From positions 160,001 to 224,000 of the forward strand of contig CAWCNY010000003.1 in NCBI GenBank assembly GCA_963797095.1: a stretch of DNA of 64,000 nucleotides, given 5' to 3'. Made by a program: the position numbers and the translations under genes. Below, one piece after another: positions 57,248 to 64,000 of this stretch (the first letter of the stretch is position 1; every line of letters begins with the position of its first letter). Source of the DNA: an uncultured Chloroflexia bacterium (lineage in GTDB: Bacteria; Chloroflexota; Chloroflexia; QHBQ01; JADMIH01). Under the pieces are notes generated by a model. The model was not told the DNA's origin. It saw only the letters and a program-made list of their open reading frames with translations, and searched no databases.

Positions 57248-57316
57248 CTGTAGAAGCTATCGGTTCAGGGAACGTTGGCGTCTTGCAATTACGCCCGGCG
57301 AGCCTCATCACCTACG
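57248..57316 (-). ncRNA. Fluoride riboswitch (crcB motif)
   Basis: Minus strand reads GGTGATGAGGCTCGCC...GATAGCTTCTAC, upstream of DUF190-crcB and directly after a promoter. Confidence 0.85.
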
Positions 57317-57321
57317 CCTGA

Positions 57322-57351
57322 ATTGTAACAGCTTTCACAATAAAGTGTCAA
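57322..57351 (-). promoter_or_regulatory. Sigma70 promoter of the fluoride operon
   Basis: TTGACA, 18-bp spacer, TG-n-TACAAT on the minus strand. Confidence 0.75.
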
Positions 57352-57457
57352 CTTCGTAATTGCCGGCAATATGTGGGCAGTAATCGCGTTGCGACCTACC
57401 AAACGGGTACGATATAATCGACACATGGGAAGCAGCCTCTAATGTTGGGCTGGTTCG

Positions 57458-60400
57458 TTGGCAGACCGTATCACCCGGAGGTCTCAGTTGTCACGGCGAA
57501 CGATTCGCCTCAAAACTACATTGCCGGTGCGTATCGCTCGTTCCGCGAATACGCCACAACAGCCGTCCCCGGACGGCAACGACACCAATCCAACCCCTGA
57601 GGAAACGCCGGACACTCCCGTCCCGGCAACTCCGGTGCCTCTCCGCAACGCCCTCTTGCCACTGGCCGGAGGTTTGGGCGCGCTCGCCCTCGCGGGGCTG
57701 GGCGAGGCGCTCGTAGAGGCGCAGGATAAAAGCATCCTGAGCCTGCTTCTCTACCTTGCCGCGATCGGGCTGTTCGCCTGGAGCGCCACCTTCCTCACCG
57801 CCCCGCCCGGCGACCTACCCTCGAAAGACCGCCCCCCGGAGCGCCCGCGCGAAGGCGATTGGACCGCGTGGGCTATCTTGGGCGTGGGGCTTGCCGGCGC
57901 CCTCGTCCTGAACCTGATTGCCTTTCTCATGCTGCGCGACTACCTCGGCTCGGAGCCTGGCAAGTGGCTGTGGCTGGCGAGCCTGATAGTAGTAGCAGCC
58001 ACCGGGATCGCGCTCCACAGGAGATTTAGCTGGCCTGCGCGCTGGCTTGGCGGTGTGTGGCCCCGCGCCTCGTGGAACAGGTGGTTAGTCGTCGGGTGCA
58101 TCGTGGTCATCGGCGTGGCTGCGGTGGCCGCGCGCTTCGTGTCCCTCGACACCGTGCCGTTCGGCATCAACGCCGACGAAGGCGACCGCGCGGCCACCGC
58201 GATCCAGATCCTGCGCGGCACCAACACCGATAGCATGTTCGGCGATGGCTGGTATCAGATCTCGATGGTCTATTTCACCATGCTGTCCTGGCTGCTCAAG
58301 CTGATCGGCATCGGCTTCGTGCAGGCGCGCATGTTCGGAGCCACCGCCAGCGTGATCGCACTAGCCATCATCATCTGGATAGGCGCGAGGCATTTCAACT
58401 GGCGCGTGGGCCTGATGGCGGGTGGCATATTTGCCCTCCTCGGCATCGCCCTGCAATTCGCCCGCGAAACAAGCGAGTCGGGGCCGACCGCCACGCTGTG
58501 GGCGCTCAGCATCGCCTGCTTCCTCGAAGCCGCGCGCACGGGCAGGATGTGGGCCTGGGTGGGCGCCGGCCTATCGGGGGGCTTCTCGATCTATTTCTAC
58601 CCCACCGGAAGGCTCTGGGCCGCCCTGGCTGCTGTGGTCTGCATCTATCTATTCGTTCACGGCCTGGGCGGCAGGCGAGCAGCAATCGCTCGCGGCACGG
58701 TGGTGGCCGCCCTCGCCGCCATAATGATAATGTCGCCTTTCGGGGCCGATATGTTGAGGGCACCTGAGAACTTCACTCTGAGGGCCCGCGATACCTCTAT
58801 CTTCACCCAGGATAACCCCACCCGGCTGCACTACTACGACCCTGCATGGTCCACGTCCAGATTGCTGGTCGAGCAGACTATACGCGGGGTCGGTGCCATC
58901 AACCAGTTCCTCGACGATGGCGGCTTCTGGCCCACCGACAAACCGATAATGAGCGGCTTGCTTGCCGTGCTCATGCTCATTGGGCTGGGCTGGGTCTGCC
59001 TGCATCTGCGCGACCCTCGTTATGCGATAATCGCGGCGTGGTTCTGGTTCGGACTGGTGGGCGTAATCGTGACCGTCGAGACTCCCAATTTCCAGCGCAT
59101 GGGCACAGCTATCCCCACGCTTGCTATCATTCCCGCCCTTGTGCTGGAAAGCCTGATCAGGCGGGTGCAAGCGCTGGTAGCCGGACTGCGCATCGACTGG
59201 GCGCGATACGGCACAATCGCTGCCACGGCAGCAGCCGGGTTGATAGTGGTCTGGATCGGGTTGAGCCAGGTGATCTTCTATTTTGACGACTACGGGAAGC
59301 GCGACAGGTGGCCGCAGCCCACCATCCAGGGCAACGCCGTCAACGACCAGGGCACCGACACGCTCACCATCACCCTTGCCCGCAGTTTCCACATGGTCAA
59401 TTCGGGCTGGGTGCAATTGCTCGCGCCCTACACTCCACACGGTGGAATGCGCTACCCCGGCAGCGACCTGCCACTTGCCGAGCCTGCCGACACGAGTTCT
59501 CGCCTTCATGATTTACCCCGACCAGAAATACTACCTCCCCTATCTGCACGATCTCTACCCGTCCGGGTCGGCACAACCTTATACCAATCCCTCCGAGGGC
59601 ACGGTAGTGACAATGTATCGCGTACCACAGGATGAGTGGGCCTCACAGCAGGGCGCGATGGCACAGCTCAACGGCGGAAATGCCATGCGCGTGCCAACAT
59701 TGGGGGCGCAGCCGCCCGGCCTTTCCGGCTACCCGGCTCAGATAAAATGGACTGCCGGGCTGCGCGTTCAGGCCTATTGGAACTACGCATTCCGCATCGG
59801 TCCAGGCCCCTCTCACCTGGTGATAGACGGCATGGAAGTGCTGAATGTGCCCATCGGCACTCCTTCCATGGAAGCGACCGTATCGTTGGCAGCGGGCGAC
59901 CACGCGGTGCTCTATGAGGGCACATTCGACTCGGCCCCGGTATTCGAATGGGCACAGAGCGGGGTCCCTGACGCCGGCGGCAACATGCCACCCCTCGCCT
60001 GGCGTCCCGCCCAGACCGAGGAACTAATGTCGCAAGAGACCCAGCCCAGGAGTCTTTATGGCGTGGTGCAGGTACAGGACAGGCCCGAACAGCACCTTCT
60101 GAGCAATACGATTGCGCAGTGCTGTCTGAGCGGCGTTGTAAGCAACGACGGCAGGCCCTACACCGTCACCTGGACCGGAAGCCTGGATGCTCCAACCACC
60201 GGAACCTACACTATGACCCTGCTGATGGAGGGCACGGGCCATCTGCTGATCGACGGCAGGCAGTTAATTCAGAGCGTGGAGCCAACGGATAATCCGATCT
60301 CGGCTGAACTTGCGCTTGAAGCGGGTAAGCATACCATCGAGCTAAAGATGGAAGCCCAAAACACGCGCGGCGACATCGAGTTGCGCTGGACACCGCCCGG

Positions 60401-60536
60401 CGGGCAAGACTCCATCGTCCCACCCTCGGTGCTCTCACCTCCCGAAGGGGTGGGCGTGGGCCAGCCCCTCGATCTTACCACCTTCATCGACGTGCCTGTG
60501 ACCCTGGCCCACCAGCCACTCGAAACCACCCGTTAA
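57458..60536 (+). CDS. GT-C (GT39/ArnT-like) glycosyltransferase with two C-terminal PA14-like domains, +1 frameshift near 59497
   Basis: PFGINADEG, multi-TM, FYPTGR; next frame has WTAGLRV...LVIDG...LAAGDH and WTGSLDAP.TG.Y...LLIDG...LEAGKHTI...LRWTPPG...VPPSVL. Confidence 0.8.
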
Positions 60537-60806
60537 CGCCCGAAACGCCCTAACTCCGGTATTTCAAAACCACCTATAGAGGCCAGGCAGATCTCCCTGC
60601 GTACTTGCCGGAAGCGTGGAGGGCAAGGAATTCAGGCACAGGTTAGGCACTGAACTCATGCAGGGCATAGACGAGAAGGACCGGGCACACCTGCTACACA
60701 GCATGGCCCGCATCCAGGAAAACACACAAGCCATCCGAAGCGCCGAGAACGAATCCCCAGCCATAGGAATCGGTCTCCAGTAGGAGCGCCATACATCCGC
60801 AGACCC

Positions 60807-60836
60807 TTGACACCCCGCGCCAGACACAACTATACT
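60807..60836 (+). promoter_or_regulatory. Sigma70 promoter of the trpS leader
   Basis: TTGACA, 18-bp spacer, TATACT. Confidence 0.75.
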
Positions 60837-60861
60837 GATCCCATACAATCAAATACTTGAA

Positions 60862-61160
60862 AAGGCTAAGATCAGAGCTAGTAGCCACCGGAGCGAAGCC
60901 ACAGAGAGCCGGGCAAGCTGGGAACCGGCGCAGGCGCGGGAGGTGAATGGGTCTGTGAGCCGTAAGCTGAACAACTCGTGATACAAGATCACCCCCGTCA
61001 AGTAGGCCGATCCGTAAATCTCCAACGTTACAGGAGCAGCAGTAGAGTAAGTAATCACGTATCACGTTTTACGCATCACTGCAAAGAGCGCGGCAGGAAT
61101 GCCGAATCAGGGTGGTACCGCGGGTAAGCCCCGTCCCTTCTTTGGGACGAGGGCGTTTTT
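60862..61160 (+). ncRNA. T-box riboswitch, Trp-specific, with terminator
   Basis: Stem I with AGTA, AGAGA and GCTG motifs; specifier GAA-TGG (60948-60950); T-box AATCAGGGTGGTACCGCG (61105-61122); terminator CGTCCC..GGGACG..TTTTT. Confidence 0.93.
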
Positions 61161-61204
61161 GTGTACTTAGCCAGAAGACCACCTCCTAATAAACAAAACC
61201 CAAA

Positions 61205-61265
61205 ACCCGGCAACCAGGAACCGGCAACCAGGAACTAGGAACAGATAACCGACTACCGACTACCA
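61205..61265. repeat. Degenerate composite heptamer element, copy D
   Basis: AACCAGG/AACCGGC heptads followed by (CCGACTA)2, immediately before the trpS RBS. Confidence 0.65.
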
Positions 61266-61278
61266 GGAGGAAACGACA

Positions 61279-62298
61279 ATGACCAAGAAACGCATACTAA
61301 CGGGCGACCGCCCAACCGGGCCGCTCCACCTGGGGCACTATGTCGGCTCCCTGGCGGACCGCATCAGGTTGCAGCAGGAATACGACAGCTACATCCTGAT
61401 CGCCGACGTGCAGGCCCTCACCGACAACTTCGACAACCCCCAGCGCGTGCGCGACAACGTCTTCGAGGTAGCCACCGACTACCTCGCGGTGGGCCTCGAC
61501 CCTGAGATCGTCACCATCGTCGTGCAATCCCTCGTGCCCCAGATCGCCGAGCTAACCGTCCTCTTCGCCAATCTCGTGACCGTAGCCCGGCTTGAGCGCA
61601 ACCCCACCGTCAAGGACGAGATGAGAGAGAAGGGCATGGAGGACAACGTCACCTTCGGCTTCCTCGGCTATCCAGTCTCGCAGGCCGCCGATATCATGTT
61701 CGTCAACGCCAATCTCGTGCCAGTGGGCGACGACCAGGCCCCCATGGTCGAGCTTACTCGCGACATAGTGATCAGGTTCAACAACATCTACGGCGACACC
61801 CTCAATGTGCCCGACCTCATGATCGGCCACGTGCCACGCCTCCCCGGCACCGATGGCAAAGCCAAGATGAGCAAGTCCACCGGCAACGCCATCTACCTCA
61901 AAGACACTCCCGAAGAGGTGCAGCGCAAGGTGATGAGCATGTACACCGACCCCACCCGCCTCCGCGCCACCGACCCCGGCCACGTGGAGGGCAACCCCGT
62001 CTTCACCTACCACGACGCCTTCAACCCCAACAAAGAGGAAGTGGAGGAGTTCAAGCGCCTCTACCGTATCGGCGGTATCGGTGACGTCGCCGTCAAGAAG
62101 GCTCTAGTTAAAGCCCTCAACGACTTCCTCGACCCCATCCGCGAGCGACGAGCCCAGTTCGAGCAGAAGCCGGAGATGGTGCGCGAGATCGTAATGGAAG
62201 GCACCCGCCGCGCCCGCAAGCGAGGCGAAGAAAGCATGCGCCTCGTCCGCCACGCCATGAAAATAGACTACTTCCCGGGAACAGATCTGGAAGTTTGA
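61279..62298 (+). CDS. trpS: Tryptophan--tRNA ligase
   Basis: [34 protein letters not shown]; Trp T-box upstream. Confidence 0.98.
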   Translation: MTKKRILTGDRPTGPLHLGHYVGSLADRIRLQQEYDSYILIADVQALTDNFDNPQRVRDNVFEVATDYLAVGLDPEIVTIVVQSLVPQIAELTVLFANLVTVARLERNPTVKDEMREKGMEDNVTFGFLGYPVSQAADIMFVNANLVPVGDDQAPMVELTRDIVIRFNNIYGDTLNVPDLMIGHVPRLPGTDGKAKMSKSTGNAIYLKDTPEEVQRKVMSMYTDPTRLRATDPGHVEGNPVFTYHDAFNPNKEEVEEFKRLYRIGGIGDVAVKKALVKALNDFLDPIRERRAQFEQKPEMVREIVMEGTRRARKRGEESMRLVRHAMKIDYFPGTDLEV

Positions 62299-62410
62299 GG
62301 TTCCGGCTCCTAGCTCAATAATGTCAAGCAACAAGAGGTATTAGCCGGATGGTTCATTGAGTATGCCTGCTGGCATTTTGTATGCAAAGCCGCACTTAGC
62401 TATCAGCCAC

Positions 62411-62965
62411 CTAAGCGGCAGTACGAATGGCGCTTCTGCCCTCCGCCACAACATAGGCAACGGTCAACCATGTAACCACCGTACAGCCAATCACCGGAAC
62501 GACTATCCATACGCTGATTTCACCCACCATGGAGGACGCACTAAAAGCCAGGAACGTGGTCGCTACGATCAGCACCCACAGGATGCCGGTGGCGTAATAT
62601 TGTCTGACATGGAATAGGGCGGCAAGAGGCAAGAAGTGAAGCCCTACAATTGCCATGATGACAGGCACAAGAACGTTCGGGTCGTCCACAAAACTGCTCA
62701 CCAAAGCTATCGCCGCGCCTTCCAGCAGGAAAATCAAACCGAAGAATATCCCCAGACGCAGTCCCTCTCTTTTGCCACGGGCTATTGAATCCGGATCGGT
62801 AGACGATGGCAACTGTAAGGCGGCGCGTAGATACACTATGCAGATAGCTACCAGTCCGATGGCCACAACCACGCTGCTCCCAATCAATATCACTGCGAGG
62901 AGAGTAGCACCGTTGGTCAGCCACAAGATAGATAAAACTATGGCATAAGCCGTCGCCACGAACAC
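62411..62965 (-). CDS. Hypothetical multi-TM membrane protein; 5' end probably disrupted
   Basis: IVGLHFLPLAALF motif and hydrophobic segments. An upstream hydrophobic stretch (ALVVGVLIILAV) and ATG 63072 lie in another frame. Confidence 0.6.
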   Translation of the reverse strand: MFVATAYAIVLSILWLTNGATLLAVILIGSSVVVAIGLVAICIVYLRAALQLPSSTDPDSIARGKREGLRLGIFFGLIFLLEGAAIALVSSFVDDPNVLVPVIMAIVGLHFLPLAALFHVRQYYATGILWVLIVATTFLAFSASSMVGEISVWIVVPVIGCTVVTWLTVAYVVAEGRSAIRTAA

Positions 62966-63152
62966 CAGCCAGAGCGCGCCGGAAGCACGGCCAATATGAT
63001 AAGCACGCCAACCACCAGGGCTTATTGATCCGGAAGACGCTCCGTTCTTCGTTATGAGTTCGTTACTTGCATGGCTGTACCTTACTCTAAGGAATGCATT
63101 GTACCAGACTTAGGTCGACTGATGCATTAAATCTATCTGCTACAATGAACCC

Positions 63153-64000
63153 GTGAGCAATAACGAATTGTTAGAAACCCTGCACCAACTGCCGCCTCTC
63201 ATGCCGCAGTTTCTGCGCAAGAGGCGGGCGGGGGTGACGGCTCCCTCCGAAATAGCCGCCGAGCTAGGGATCGAACGCCCCCTCGTCTTCGCGATGGCGC
63301 AGCTTGACTACGTCGCAGGCATGTACGGGCAGGAAGGTGCGACCCTCGCTCAACTCCGCGCCTACGATCCCTACGAGGTAATCGACACCACCTCAGCGCC
63401 AATAACCACTCTCAAACAAGAAGGGCTGATCATTGAGGATGGCGACGGCATGATGACCCTCTCGCCCATAGCCCGCGACGCCGTCAATCGGTTTCAGGCG
63501 GCAGGCATCGAAGCGGTAGGCAGCAAGAGACCGCTCCCGCCGCAGGATCTGGAACAACTGGCAAGTTATCTGCAACGCGCAAGCGCAGCGGTTCAGGCCA
63601 ACCCCCTGTTCAAGTCAATACCTGGCGGTCATTTAAGGGGATATGTCGCTGCGAGCAGATATGGGCGCGGCTCAAACGACCCTATGGTCAGGATCGAACA
63701 GGCCATCTTCGAATTGTGGGGCGCAAGAGATGACGCCCACACCACCGCCTGGCGTAATGCCGGCCTCGAAGGCCCACCCTTCGATGTCCTCTCCCAAGTG
63801 TGGTCCGGCGCCGACACCATCGCCACCCTGTGCGAAGCCCTAAAATACAAGCAGACGCCCCAGGACATCGAAAGCAGCCTGGCGTGGCTAGCCGCATGCG
63901 ATCTCATCGAGCGTCACGGCAACAATGTCCACCTCACTCCAAAAGGCGTACTGATCCGCGAAGACATCGAAAGTGAAACCAACAGGATGTATTTTGAAGA
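63153..64000 (+). CDS. Hypothetical protein with two winged-helix-like segments; runs off the right edge
   Basis: My translation from GTG 63153 is open to the end of the window: LKQEGLI..., LWGARDDAHTTAW, LAACDLIE...LTPKG..IREDIESETNR.YF. Confidence 0.7.
   Translation, partial: MSNNELLETLHQLPPLMPQFLRKRRAGVTAPSEIAAELGIERPLVFAMAQLDYVAGMYGQEGATLAQLRAYDPYEVIDTTSAPITTLKQEGLIIEDGDGMMTLSPIARDAVNRFQAAGIEAVGSKRPLPPQDLEQLASYLQRASAAVQANPLFKSIPGGHLRGYVAASRYGRGSNDPMVRIEQAIFELWGARDDAHTTAWRNAGLEGPPFDVLSQVWSGADTIATLCEALKYKQTPQDIESSLAWLAACDLIERHGNNVHLTPKGVLIREDIESETNRMYFE

Overview
GC-rich bacterial chromosomal window, most consistent with Chloroflexota: it has a Chloroflexi-type cell-surface repeat on the sugar-binding protein, CIRCE/hrcA, a Trp T-box and abundant heptamer intergenic repeats. 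Left to right: (1) a LacI-controlled sugar cluster (partial GH36 alpha-galactosidase, ABC importer, membrane spermidine-synthase-like SAM enzyme, two (alpha/alpha)6 debranching-type hydrolases, LacI) with a matching operator behind two promoters; (2) a scar with integrase and nucleotidyltransferase fragments; (3) the most interesting locus, a five-gene operon encoding a catalytically degenerate NrtR (ADP-ribose-sensing type), a PP2C phosphatase, a YegI-like kinase, a nicotinamidase-like amidase and a TerY-like vWA protein, i.e. a TerY-P phospho-switch linked to NAD-breakdown genes; (4) hrcA-grpE-dnaK and dnaJ, separated by a C39 peptidase and a Uma2 nuclease; (5) parAB-APH with an intact IS66 (8-bp TSD) just upstream; (6) a degenerate LarC and a pseudo-caspase-KAP NTPase fusion; (7) DUF58, a nonsense-interrupted methyltransferase, radC, GT39s and a surface-glycan cluster; (8) fluoride riboswitch-DUF190-crcB and T-box-trpS. 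Several +1 frameshifts at short homopolymers in the right third look like assembly errors. No rRNA, tRNA or CRISPR array was seen. All family calls come from motif recognition by eye, not database searches.
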